A DNA stretch of 64,000 nucleotides from Octopus sinensis (taxonomy: Eukaryota): assembly GCF_006345805.1 (NCBI RefSeq), contig NC_043021.1, positions 11,408,001 through 11,472,000 of the forward strand, written 5' to 3'. A program made the position numbers and the translations under genes. Shown in pieces: positions 1 to 12,725 of this stretch (the stretch's first letter is position 1; every line of letters starts with the position of its first letter). A model generated the notes under the pieces. The model was not told where the DNA came from and did not search any database. It was given only the letters and a program-made list of their open reading frames with translations.

Positions 1-34
1 CTATTGCCTCTCCCTCTTCTTCCTGATATGTTCA

Positions 35-66
<32 letters not shown>

Positions 67-187
67 TTCTCTTCTTTCCCACTATTTTTCTTGATATCGG
101 GCCAATAATTTAAGATTAGCAACAGAGCTAACTTTAATCCAAACCACTTCATAAACACACACACATACACACACAGATGGACATATA

Positions 188-607
188 CTCTTTTACTCTT
201 TTACTTGTTTCAGTCATTTGACTGCGGCCATGCTGGAGCACCGCATTTAGTCGAGTAAATCGACCCCAGGACTTACTCTTTGTAAGCCCAGTACTTTATT
301 CTATCGGTCTCTTTTGCTGAACCGCTAAGTGACGGGGACGTAAACACACCAGCATCGGTTGTCAAGCAATGCTAGGGGGACAAACACAGACACACAAACA
401 CATACACACACATACATACATAGATATATATATATATATATACATATACGACAGGATTCTTTCAGTTTCCGTCTACCAAATCCACTCACAAGGCATTGGT
501 CGGCCCGGGGCTATAGCAGAAGACACTTGCCCAAGATGCCACGCAGTGGGACTGAACCCGGAACCATGTGGTTGGTTAGCAAGCTACTTACCACACAGCC
601 ACTCCTG
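188..607 (-). mobile_element. SINE family A (~420 bp, tRNA-like head, central (TA)n/(TG)n, CAAGTAAAAGAG tail)
   Basis: Reverse complement of the repeated unit GGCGCAGGAGTGGCTGTGTGGTAAG...GACTGAAACAAGTAAAAGAG, which occurs more than 25 times in the window. Confidence 0.85.
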
Positions 608-802
608 GGTGCACATACACATAAACATAAGCACATGTGTGCACACAAGAACACACAAAATAACACAAGCACACATACATATAAAGATATATACACACAC
701 ACGCACACACATGCTGACACAGGCACATTTGCATACTCTTATGTATACACACATAAACACACACACACACACACACACATGTAAGAGCATCTTTATATAC
801 GT

Positions 803-1235
803 ATTTCTTTACTACCCACAAGGGGCTAAACACAGAGGGGACAAACAAGGACAGACAAACGGATCAAGTCGATTACATCGACCCCAGTGCGAAACTGGTA
901 TTTAATTTATCGAGGCGGCGAGCTGGCAGAAACGTTAGCACGCCGGGCGAAATGCTTAGCGGTATTTTGTCTGCGTTACGTTGTGAGTTCAAATTCCGCC
1001 GAGGTCGACTTTGCCTTTCATCCTTTCGGGGTTGATCAATTAAGTACCAGTTACGCGCTGGGGTCGATGTAATCGACTTAATACCTATGTCTGTCCTTGT
1101 TTGTCCCCTCTGTGTTTAGCCCCTTGTGGGTAATAAAGAAATAGGTATTTAATTTATCGACCCCGAAAGGATGAAAGGCAAAGTCGACCTCGGCGGAATT
1201 TGAACTCAGGACCTTAGCAGCAGACGAAATACCGC
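803..1235. mobile_element. SINE family B: + copy (914-1143) nested in a - copy
   Basis: GGCGGCGAGCTGGCAGAAACGTTAGC head; 17-bp target duplication GGTATTTAATTTATCGA at 897-913 and 1144-1160. Confidence 0.8.
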
Positions 1236-1264
1236 GTAGAGCACCCTTATATACGAACTCAGTT

Positions 1265-2200
1265 ACACATGCACACTGGCACACAAATACAAACATATAT
1301 GTACATACGTACATATATGTACACACGCACCACACACACACACATGTATGAAATTACAAGCATCATGTATACATACATGCGGACACACAAATACAGACAC
1401 ACATACATGTAGAGACGAACAACATGCACATACACACAAGTACACACAAAATGTACACACACACAAAACACACACACACAAGCACATGCACAAGCATACA
1501 CACTCATACAAGCACACACACACAAGGAATACACTCAAGTACACACATTCACATGAGCAACACACACACACACACACACTAACACACACATACACTCACA
1601 CGAACACACACAAAAGCACACACACACACACACATGCACTCAAAATATACATACACACAAGCACACACACACGAGCATACACACAAAGAATACACTCGCA
1701 AGCACACAAGTACACTCGCAAGCACACGAGTACACACACACTCACACGAGTACACACACACTAACACACACATACACTCACACGAACACACACAAAAGCA
1801 CACACACACACAAAACACACACACACACATGCATTCAAAATATACATACACACAAGCACACACACACGAGCACACACACAAAGAATACACTCGCAAGCAC
1901 ACAAGTACACTCGCAAGCACACAAGTACACACACACTCACACGAGTACACACACACTAACACACACATACACTCACACGAACACACACAAAAGCACACAC
2001 ACACACACACACACACACATGCATTCAAAATATACATACACACAAGCACACACACACGAGCACACACACAAAGAATACACTCGCAAGCACACGAGTACAC
2101 ACACACTCACACGAGTACACACACATACACTCACACGAACACACACACATACAAGCACACAAGCACACATACATAGACACAGGTGCAAACGCGTGTACAC
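1265..2200. repeat. CA-rich compound microsatellite with ~200-bp higher-order tandem units
   Basis: Repeated CATGCATTCAAAATATACATACACACAAGCAC blocks near 1634, 1828 and 2019. Confidence 0.9.
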
Positions 2201-2779
2201 ATACACCAAACTTACTGGCATTGTGGACAATGACGAAGCGATGGGTGCTAACTCAGGTAATTCATCATGAAATTCCAGAGGAGTAATTCATAGACAAAGA
2301 CAACCACCACACCCCTCTCTCTCTTTCGGAGAGACACTGAGCACCTACACTCACACCTACACACACGGCAGTAACTTTCGCCTGCCGAATTCAATCACAA
2401 AGCTTCGGTCGACTCAGGCTATAGCAGAAGACACCTACCCAAAGTGCCACGCAGTGGGACTGAACCCGAAACCATGCAGCTAGGAAGCAAGCTCCCTAAC
2501 CACACAGCCATGCCCGCGCCTATCATGTATATAACAGTATGCCTCCTCCCCCACACCACTACACATCCTCATCATCGTTTCACATCCGTTTTACTATGCT
2601 GGCATGGGTTGGACAGTTTGATAGCAACCGGTCAGCCAGGAGCTATTCAGACTCCCAACTGTCCGTTCTGGCATGGTTTCTACAGCTTAATATAGTGTAG
2701 AGAGACTCACCGTTGACTCACATGGTATATTAAGAATAGTGTGAGGAGTCATTGGTGACTCCCATGGTATATTAAGTAT

Positions 2780-3167
2780 GTGGAGGCGCAATGGCTCAGT
2801 GGTTAGGGCAGCGGACTTGCGGTCATAGGATCGCGGTTTCGATTCCTAGACCAGACGTTGTGAGTGTTTATGGAGCGAAAACACCTAAAAGCTCCACAAG
2901 GCTCCGGCAGGGGATGGTGGTGATCCCTGCTGTACTCTTTCACCACAACTTTCTCTCACTCTTACTTTCTGTTTCTGTTGTACCTGTACTTCAAAGGGCC
3001 GGCCTTGTCACTCTCTTTGTCACGCTGAATCTCCCCGAGAACTACGTTAAGGGTACACGTGTCTGTGGAGTGCTCAGCCACTTACATGTTAATTTCACGA
3101 GCAGGCTGTTCCGTTGATCGGATCAACCGGAACCCTCGTCGTTGTAACCAACGGAGTGCTTCCATCC
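2780..3167 (+). mobile_element. tRNA-headed SINE family D, tail type 1
   Basis: A-box TGGCTCAGTGG and B-box-like GTTTCGATTCC; 11-bp TSD ATATTAAGTAT at 2769-2779 and 3168-3178. Confidence 0.85.
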
Positions 3168-3219
3168 ATATTAAGTATATAGTGTGAGAAGTCGCCAGTG
3201 ACTCACATGATTATTGAGA

Positions 3220-3732
3220 ACTAGCAGTATTGCCCGCGTTGCTCAGGTTTGTAAGGAAATAACTATATAAGCATTTTTAGAGAGTTACTTCCCTATAGAT
3301 GCCAATTCAGGCTTTCTTAGCCATTTCTGTTTTTGGTGTCTTCAAGCCATGAAGTCGTTGTTTTAAAAGAACGCTGTCTCCTTGACAACGCTTTACGACT
3401 TGATTTCCTTTCACTCCTTCCCCACAGCTTCACGAGGGAGGGAAAGAAGGGGGAGAAGCAAACAGGTGCAGGTGTGACCATGGACGCCAACTCCGCCGCC
3501 ATCGTACACACGAAAAATTATGCATTAAAATGGAATAAAAAATGATGTTAAATATTTTTAAAATCGTAGACTCACGTAGACGCGCGCTAATACTCAGACG
3601 GGCTCGATATGAATCCCGACTATAAGATAACCGAATTTGGTTAAAACTGCACCGCAAAATGTGGGAGTAGTTAGGAATCTAAATCGAAGGGGACAGACAC
3701 TCACACAACTACAGTTTTATATATATATAGAT
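3220..3732 (+). mobile_element. Non-autonomous Helitron/HINE-like element
   Basis: Starts ACTAGCAGTATTGCCCGCGTTGC, ends GACAGACAC...TTTTATATATATATAGAT, and interrupts a 44-bp minisatellite; family assigned by resemblance only. Confidence 0.45.
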
Positions 3733-4262
3733 ATAGCGTGAGGAGTCATCACTGACTCCCATGGTATATTAAGAATATAGTGTGAGGCATCAACAGCAAT
3801 TTCTATGGTGTAGGGAGTCACCAGTGACTCATATGTCAAGTAAAGGGTTAAATACTTAGAAAGGGACAAAGTATCTTCCCTTCTGTTGAAATCCTACTTC
3901 AAGATGGTGGTTGGTAAAAAGGACTTTTAATTGTGAAATCAGGGATCACCATGGCCTGTACGTTTATTTTATAACTTTGCAACCACTCAACTGGATGGTT
4001 GGTGTCCCTAATAGGGGTAATATAGGGGTCAGTATATTTAGTAATTTGATGGTGGGTGGGGGGGAGATTGTGTTTGTTGGGTTCAAGGAGGAAGGAAATA
4101 AATAAATTGTTGGGAGTCAACAAAAGAAATTTCTGTGAGGCAGAGAAAGAAGGAAAGAAAGGGAGAAGGAAGGAAAGAGAGAAGGAAGGAAAAAAGAAAA
4201 GAAAAAGTGGGAAAAAAAGAACAAAAGAAGGAAAATATAAAATTAGATGTAACAATAGTGAA

Positions 4263-4655
4263 GTGCAGGTGTGGTCATGTGGTAAAAAGCTTGCTTCCCA
4301 ACCACATGGTTCCAGGTTCAGTCCCACTGCATGGTACCTTGGGCAAGTGTTTTTTTCTATAGCCTCAGGTCGACCAAAAGCCTTGTGCGTGGATCTGATA
4401 GGTGGAAACTGGAAAGAAGCCTGTCGTATATATATATATGTATGTATGTGTGTCTGTCTGTCTGTCTGTCCCCCAGCAATGCTTGACAACAGGTGTTAGT
4501 GTGGTTATATCCCTGTAATTTAGCAGTTCAACAAAAGAGATTGATAGAATAAGTAGCAGATTTTTTTTTTAAATGTCCTGGGGGTCGATACATTTGATTA
4601 ATAATTCTTCAAGGCGGTGCCCCAGCATGGCCGTAGTCTGATGACTGAAACAAGG
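4263..4655 (+). mobile_element. SINE family A, diverged
   Basis: Similarity to the family A unit. Confidence 0.75.
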
Positions 4656-4804
4656 TTACAGGAAGATAATAAGAGCTAGGTGATCAATGAGGAAAGAAGA
4701 TGAAACAGGAAGATCAACAACAACAACAACAATTATAATAAAATGAAAGGAAGAAGAAGAGGAAGTTGAGAATGTCTATAATTAAACAGCTGAGTTATAT
4801 GCAT

Positions 4805-4805
4805 G

Positions 4806-4837
<32 letters not shown>

Positions 4838-4953
4838 GCTATGTGTGTGAGTGTGTGTGACAGTGTGTGTGTCTGTGCATGGCAGTGTGTATGTGTTTGT
4901 GTGTGTGTGTGGCTGTGTGTGAGTGTGTGTGACAGTGTGTGTGTCTGTGCATG

Positions 4954-4985
<32 letters not shown>

Positions 4986-5315
4986 GCTGTGTGTGTCTGT
5001 GCATGGCAGTGTGTGTGTGTGTGGCTGTGCATGTATCTGTGTGTGTGTCTGTGTGTGGCAGTGTGTGTGTGTGTGAGTGTATGTGGCAGTGTGTGTGTCT
5101 GTGCTTGACAATGTGTGTGTGTGTGTGGCTGTGTGTGTATCTGTGTTAGCAGTGTGTGTGTCTGTGTGTGGCAGTGTGTGTGTGTGAGTGTGTGAGGCAG
5201 TGTGTGTGTCTGTACATGGTAGTGTGTGTGTCTGTGCGTGGAAGTGTGTGTGTGGGGGGGGTGTATGAGTGTGTGTATGTGGCAGTGTGTGTGTGTGTGA
5301 GTGTGTGTGTGTGTG
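4805..5315. repeat. (GT)n-rich compound repeat
   Basis: Tandem GTGTGTGTCTGTGCATGGCA-type units. Confidence 0.9.
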
Positions 5316-5391
5316 AAGGGAAGGGAAAGTGTGCTATTGATGTCATTCACAACAACATTGATGTCATCAATCCGTCTTTTATATAACAGCA

Positions 5392-5424
<33 letters not shown>

Positions 5425-5547
5425 GATGGGAGGAGGAAAGACCCTCCCACTCACACCTCCATACAATACCTTTGAAGATAAATGGAGGCATTCAGGTGTG
5501 GAGAAATAATACATACATTCAGAAACACACAACATACGTATATATAC

Positions 5548-5605
<58 letters not shown>

Positions 5606-5668
5606 ACACCAACATTTTATATTATATATATTATATATATATATATATAACACACCACACACAAACAT

Positions 5669-5722
<54 letters not shown>

Positions 5723-6080
5723 ACAAACATTTATATCTTCAACATCATCCTTTAACAACAGTCCTTCATGCATGCTTTGGTAGGACAGGAGTTGGCCAAG
5801 TAGAAAACTCCCTCAGGCTACTGTGTCTGCTTTGGCAGGGTTTTTAGGGCTGGCTGGCTGCCCTTCCTAATACCACCCACTCTGCAGAGTGGACCCGGTG
5901 CATTTTACATGACACTAGGACAGGCAAGGTTAGTTTTGGCAAAGTTTTTACAGCCGGATGCCCTTCCAAATGATGAGCATCATAGCCATGTGTTGAGGGA
6001 GATTCTTAGGGATTTGAATAAATATCACAACAAAAGCAAAGGTTGAAGAAAATATTAGCCATTCTTCATATTTCTTTCTA

Positions 6081-6486
6081 GGCGTAGGAGTGGCTGTGTG
6101 GTAAGTAGCTTGCTTACCAACCACATGGTTCCGGGTTCAGTCCCACTGCGTGGCACCTTGAGCAAGTGTCTTCTACTATAGCCTCGGGCCGACCAAAGCC
6201 TTGTGAGTGGATTTGGTAGATGGAAACTGAAAGAAGCCCGTTGTATATATGTATATATATATATATGTATGTGTATATGTTTGTGTCTGTGTTTGTCCCC
6301 CCAACATCGCTTGACAACCGATGCTGGTGTGTTTACATCCCCGTAACTTAGCGGTTCGGCAAAAGAGACCGATAGAATAAGTACTAGGCTTACAACGAAT
6401 AAGTCCTGGGGTCGATTTGCTCGACTAAAAGTCGGTGCTCCAGCATGGCCACAGTCAAATGACTGAAACAAGTAAAAGAGTAAAAA
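6081..6486 (+). mobile_element. SINE family A, full length
   Basis: Head, central microsatellite and tail all present. Confidence 0.85.
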
Positions 6487-6814
6487 GAGAGAGGGTAAGC
6501 ATATAGGAAATAACAGTTGCTGCCCAATTGACTGGCAAAAGTTTTGTGCTGGTGCCATGTAAAAGCACCCAGGCCACGGCATCACATCCAAAGCTCATGG
6601 AACGGTGCCATGTGAAAAGCACTCATGTTGGTGTGCACATAAATGTGCCCGTGCTGGTGCCACATAAAAAAGTACCCAGCACACTTTGTAAAGTGGTTGG
6701 TACTAGAATGGGCACCCAGCCATAGAAACCAAGCTAAATCAAACTCGAGACTTGTCAGCTCTGGTCAAACCACTCAAGCCAATGCCAGAATGGACCAAGG
6801 GTGTTAAATGATGA

Positions 6815-7170
6815 CGATCATCATCATCATCGTTTAACGTCCGCTTTCCATGCTAGCATGGGTTGGAAGGTTCAACTGGGGTCTGGGGAGCCCGAAGGCT
6901 GCACCAGGCCAGTCAGATCTGGCAGTGTTTCTACAGCTGGATGCCCTTCCTAACGCCAACCACTCCGAGAGTGTAGTGGGTGATTTATGTGCCACCGACA
7001 CAGGTGCCAGCCGAGGCTGGCAGACGGCCACGCTCGGATGGTGTTTTTTATGTGCCACCGACAAGGTGCCAGACGAGGCTGGCAGACGGCCACGCTCGGA
7101 TGGGTTTTTTATGTGCCACCGACACAGGTGCCAGACGAGGCTGGCAGACGGCCACGCTCGGATGGTATGA
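6815..7170 (-). mobile_element. SINE-like family C ((GAT)n tail, TTAGGAAGGGCATCC core) with internal ~55-bp tandem repeats
   Basis: (ATC)n followed by GTTTAACGTCCGCTTTCCATGCTAGCATGGG; three tandem TTTATGTGCCACCGAC...GCTCGGATGG units. Confidence 0.8.
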
Positions 7171-7300
7171 TATATTATTACCAGCATGTCAAATGTTTAA
7201 TGTCTGTTTTCCACACTTTTCTAAAACATTTTTGAAACTTGAATATGAAAACAGGGCAGCCAAAAGGTGCCAACTGATCTGACAATATGAAAAGAAATTA

Positions 7301-7699
7301 GATGCAGGAGTGGCTGTGTGGTAAGTAGTTTGCTTACAAACTGCATGGTTCTGGGTTCAGTTCCACTGCGTGGCACCTTGGACAAGTGTCTTCTACTATA
7401 GCCTCGGGCCGGCCAAAGCTTTGCGAGTGGATTTGGTAGACGAAAACTGAAAGACGCCCATCGTATATATGTATATATATATGTGTTTGTGTGTGTATAT
7501 GTTTGTGTGTCTGTTTGTCCCTCCAACATCACTTGACAACCGATGCTGGTGTGTTTATGTCCCCGTAAGTTAGGGGTTCGGCAAAAGTAACTGATAGAAC
7601 AAGTACTAGGCTTACAAAAAGTCCTGGGGTCGATTTGCTAGACTAAAGGCGGTGCTCCAGCAAGGCCACAGTCAAATGACTGAAACAAGTAAAAGAGTA
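7301..7699 (+). mobile_element. SINE family A
   Basis: Similarity to the family A unit. Confidence 0.8.
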
Positions 7700-7782
7700 C
7701 ACATTTTGTGATGTCAGTTGTCTAACTATTGATAACAATGCAATTTATGTATTACACATTTTTTTTTCTCTTATTTTTTTTC

Positions 7783-8113
7783 TCTTACTTGTTTCAGTCA
7801 TTTGACTGTGGCCATGCTGGAGCACCACCTTTAGTCGAGCAAATCGACCCCAGGACTTATTCTTTGTAAGCCTAATACTTATTCTATCGGTCTCTTTTGC
7901 CGAACCGCTAAGTTACGGGGACGTAAACACACCAGCATCGGTTGTCAAGCGATGTTAGGGGGGCGGGCGGAACAATCAGACACACAAACACACACACATA
8001 TATATACATATACATATATACGACGGGCTTCTTTCAGTTTCCGTCTACCAAATCCACTCACAAGGCTTTGGTCGGCCCGAGGCTATAGAAAAAGACACTT
8101 GCCCAAGGTGCCA
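7783..8113 (-). mobile_element. SINE family A, 5'-truncated
   Basis: Similarity to the family A unit. Confidence 0.8.
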
Positions 8114-8365
8114 CACATACTTGTGCATTACATATTAATGTAATATTACACGTTTTTTTTTTCATGTCTGTGTCTGCCTTAACATGTATATAATACATCC
8201 TGCATGTGTACATGTGTGCTTGCACGTGTGTGTGTGTGTGTGTGTCCACATTTGCAAATGCCTAAACGTTTTTTTTTTTGTGTTGGTACATAAAAGATGT
8301 GGGACACAAATACACATACATTCAGAAAAGTTATCTACAAACACACACACGTGTGTGTGTGTATT

Positions 8366-8394
<29 letters not shown>

Positions 8395-8398
<4 letters not shown>

Positions 8399-8502
8399 TA
8401 TTAGTGAATTGAAGAAATGGAGCTGAACGAAGATGAATAGAAATCGTTTTTATTTCTGTTCAATCTTCGTTCAGCTCCATTTCTTCAATTCACTAATAAT
8501 AT
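8395..8502. repeat. Perfect 40-bp inverted repeat with 28-nt loop
   Basis: Arms 8395-8434 and 8463-8502 are reverse complements. Confidence 0.9.
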
Positions 8503-8845
8503 TAAAATTCAATTATCCGCACCAACGCACGGTTGCAACACCATATGGTTGTACCTCCAACCGTGCTGTCTGCTGCTGTGATTTTTGCTACCAAGGTATC
8601 GGTTAAACTTTTGATTAATCTGCTACAAGATTATTCATCTTTCTATTTCACATAATATATATATATACACACACACACATATACATACACACACATACAT
8701 ACACACAAATATATATACACACACATATATATATAAGTATATATGTTTATACACATAATAGTATTTTTCATTGTGTTTATCTTAATCTGCTGTATGTGTG
8801 TGTGTATCTCTGTGGTGTGTAGTATATTATATATATAAATATATT

Positions 8846-8922
<77 letters not shown>

Positions 8923-9893
8923 CACAAAGACACAGTAGATTAATGTAAACACAAAGAAAATTGTGTGTATATATACATACATACATGCATGTGTGCATAT
9001 GTATATGGGTATAAATAAATATATACATATATATATATATGTATATATAAACGGGGTGTGTACAATGAATGTGAACATTGGCCTATGTATATAATAAACA
9101 ACCTGAAAATTCTTTATTGCAAATGACAAAAAGAAATACAAACTCAGGTGTTTGGGAGCTGGGAGGGGAGTAATGGCAAGTGGACAAGAGGACAGAGGAG
9201 ACAGGTAGGGCGAGAAAGGAGTGGCCGGCTGTTAGAAGTGTCACCCATTGTTTGTTGTACATAATGACATCACGAAATGTCCTAGGTGCGCCTTCTGCAT
9301 GGAAGTGAAATGGAGAATGTATTCATGGCTCAGTTACCATACATCAAGAGGGTGAATTAAAAATCATTTTTAACCAAATTAAATTACATCTGTAATGAGA
9401 AATCATTAACACCATAGGAACAGGCATAGCTGTGTGGTTAAGAAGCTTGCCTCCAAATCATGAGGTCTTGGGTTCAGTCCCACTGTGTGGCACCTTGAAC
9501 AAGTGTCTCCTACTATAGCCTTGGGGCTGATCAAAGCTTTGTGTGTGGATTTGGTAGACAGAAACTGAAAGACCATTGTTTGTTTGTTTATTTGAAAGTA
9601 CGTACGTATGTATGTACGTATGTATGTACGTATGTATGTACGTACGTATGTATGTATGTACGTACGTATGTATATATCTATCTATCTGTCAATACATACA
9701 AACACATGGTTGTGTGGTAAGGAGTTTGCTTTCAACCATATGGTTCTGAGTTCAGTCCCAGGCTGACCAAAGCCTGGTGAGTGGATCTGGTAGATGCGAG
9801 TTTAAGTCCATTCACTTTGGCCAGTCAGATTACTGAATCTTGCCCATCTTTCAAGAAAGAAACCAGTTGTATAAGTTTGGGTGTGTGTGTGTA

Positions 9894-9931
<38 letters not shown>

Positions 9932-10371
9932 TAGATAGATAGATAGATACATGGTACGTTGGTGTAAATGGGAGTACACTTGTCACAAAAACAGGTGTGT
10001 GTGCTTGAGTCCCACAGTATGGAAAACCCACATCTTTAAGATGGTGCTCCAGCATGGCTGCAGTCAGATGATTGAAACAAGTAAAAGAGTATATATATAT
10101 ATATATATTTATGTGTCTGTACTTATCACCCCCCCCCACTGCTTGACAACTGGTGTTGATGTGTTTACATCCCCATAACTTAGCGGTTCAGCAAAAGACA
10201 CTGACAGAATAAGCATCAGGCTTAAAAAGAAAATAAGTACTAGGATTGATTAGTTTGACTAAACAGCTGAAAAAATTCAAATTTTAAAAGAACTCCAAAA
10301 ATTTATAACTTTGTAGTTTGGCAAAAGAGACCAATAGCGTAAGTACAAGACTTTTAAAAAATGGAAATTGC

Positions 10372-10768
10372 AGCTGTGATACCAGTGCCATTGGCACGTA
10401 AGAGGACCATCCGAACGTGGCTGTTGCCAGTGCCGCCCCGACTGGCCTCGTGCCGGTGTTACGTAAAAAGCACCATCCGTTCGTTGCTGTTGCCAGCCTC
10501 GCCTGGCCCCCGTGCCAGTGGCACGTAAAAAGCACCATCCGATCGTGGCCGTTTGCCAGCCTCGTCTGGCACCTGTGCCAGTGGCACATAAAAAGCACCC
10601 ACTACACTCACGGAGTAGTTGGCGTTAAGAAGCACATCCAGCCGTAGAAACATTGCCAGATCAGACTGGGCCTGGTGCAGCTTTCTGGCTTCCCAGACCC
10701 AAGTTGAACCATCCAACCCATGCTAGCATGGAAAGCGGACGCTAAACGATGATGATGATGATGATGAA
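10372..10768 (+). mobile_element. SINE-like family C
   Basis: Core plus (GAT)n tail. Confidence 0.8.
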
Positions 10769-11419
10769 GTACCGGAGTTGATTTGTTTGACTAAACCCTA
10801 ACCCTTTAAGGCGGTGCCCCAGTATGACTGTAGTCCAGTGAGCGAAACAAGTAAAAGAAAAGTAAAAAAAAATAAGATCAATGAAAATTACTCTGAAAAG
10901 GGTAAAGGGAGATAATTTCCATGTTTTCATTGGTGTCTTAGTGGTAAGTGGGTATCTTGGCAGTTTTGTGGGTGAAAGCATAAGTGGACATCAGCATAGA
11001 ACATTTTGCTCAGGATTCAAGCTTGCCCAAGGCCTAACTAAAACTGGGGTCATGCATGGCTGTGTGGTTAAGAGGATTTCTTTGCAATCAAATGGCTTTG
11101 GGTCCAGTCCTGTTGCACAGTACCTTGGGCAAGGTGTGTTTTTTTTTTTTACTCTGGTCCTGGGCAGATTACTGGGGCCCAGTTCACACTGCTTGTCAAC
11201 CAGTGTTGGTTTGTTTACATCACTATAACTTAGCAGTTCAGCAAAAGAAACCAATAGAATAAATGCTAGACTTAAAAAAAAGAAAACGTGTCCTGGAGTC
11301 ATTTTGTTCAACTAAACCCCCTTTTAGGTGGTGCCCCAGTATGGCCACAGACCAATGACTGAAATGAGCAAAATATGTAACAGATGGTGTGATGGTGGTG
11401 GGAATGAGTCCGATCTGTA

Positions 11420-11515
11420 GTTGCTATGGTGACAACTCCATCCTGATATGATTTGGTCCGAGGTGGTAGTAATTGATAGCTTGTTACCTAGGCAACCTAA
11501 TCACTTGCGCAGGCG
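11420..11515. promoter_or_regulatory. Paired RFX X-box-like motifs plus an NRF1-like motif
   Basis: GTTGCTATGGTGAC (11420-11433), GTTACCTAGGCAAC (11483-11496) and TGCGCAGGCG (~11506-11515) in non-repetitive DNA. Confidence 0.4.
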
Positions 11516-11938
11516 GGTGCTATGAAAGCAATCAGCGAAAGCCCAACTAAGAGCAAAATGGGATAATTTCAGGGAGCTGTCAAGCTCTCCCAGCAACAAG
11601 GGGATTCTGTTGTCGGACAAAGGGTAGACTGTGTGGTCCTTGTGTATGAAATGTGATGCTGCTACAATTAGGAAATGTGAGCAGTAAACACAAGGGAGGT
11701 ATGAAAGTGAAAGTAGAATGAAACAAGCATGCTCTGTTGTATATGTATGAAGGTACAAATGAGCTGAGATACAAACACTATGTACATCTCTCTCTCTCAC
11801 TCTCTATGGATATATAAGTAATTTTATTGTGTCTGGGGACTGTCATTCTCCTTTGGTGTCTTATTATTTATCACAATCACAATAATAGTTGACTATTGAA
11901 AAGGCTGCAAGCCGCAAGGAAAATTTTAGAAAATTTTA

Positions 11939-12313
11939 GGTGCAGGAGTGGCTGTGTAGTAAGTAGCTTGCTTACCAACCACATGGTTCTGGGATCGGTC
12001 CCACTGCATGGCACCTCGGGCAAGTGTCTTCTACTATAGCTTCGGGCTGACCAAAGCCTTGTGAGTAGATTTGGTAGACAGAAACTGAAAAAAGCCCATC
12101 GTATATATGTATATATGTGTGTGTGTTTGTCCCCCCAGCATCACTTGACAACCGATGCTGGTGAGTTTATGTCCCTGTAACTTAGCGGTTCAGCAAAAGA
12201 GACTGATAGAATAAGTACTAGGTTTACAAAGAATAAGTCCTGGGGTCGATTTGCCCAACTAAAGGTGGTGCTCCAGCATGGCCACAGTCAAATGACTGAA
12301 ACAAGTAAAAAAG
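11939..12313 (+). mobile_element. SINE family A
   Basis: Similarity to the family A unit. Confidence 0.8.
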
Positions 12314-12609
12314 AGCAAATGAGTGGAAATTGAACTGATGAGAGTGTTAAATAATAAGGCACTAAAAGAGAATGACTCTCCCCCAGACACAATAAAATAT
12401 GCATCAACACACGAATTCTCACAAAGAATCCTGCAGACCAAATGAGAAAATAGATATGTATATATATATATTATATATATATATATATATATTTCTTTAC
12501 TACCCACAAGGGGCTAAACACAGAGAGGACAAACAAATGGATTAAGTGATTACATTGACCCCAGTGCATAACTGGTACTTAATTTATCAACCCCGAAAGA
12601 TATATATAT

Positions 12610-12725
12610 GTAAAATAATATGTGACAATTATTCGGTAGCCAAGATAAAACTCTGAGTTTCCATCTCGGCATCCGAAACTCAGAGTTTTATCTTGCTACC
12701 GAATAATTGTCACATATCATTTTAC
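12610..12725. repeat. Fold-back element (~51-bp arms, 13-nt loop), same family as 16916-17086
   Basis: ATGTGACAATTATTCGGTAGC...GCTACCGAATAATTGTCACAT. Confidence 0.85.

Noticed and set aside
359-905. Recurring ORFs containing RQASFSFRLPNPLTRHWSARGYSRRHLPKMPRSGTEPGTMWLVSK
   Set aside because: Antisense translation of SINE family A, repeated wherever the SINE occurs
1078-2270. Long His/Thr- or Cys/Val-rich ORFs (up to 180 aa)
   Set aside because: Translations of (CA)n/(TG)n repeats, open on both strands, with no splice or domain signal
2780-2860. tRNA gene
   Set aside because: A and B boxes are present, but there is no acceptor stem or terminator and it continues into a SINE body flanked by TSDs
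4634-4665. CTGATGACTGAAAC hammerhead-like string
   Set aside because: Point variant of the SINE A tail (CAAATGACTGAAAC) with no stem II
6975-7170. CRISPR-like regular repeats
   Set aside because: Tandem units without unique spacers, inside a SINE, in eukaryotic DNA
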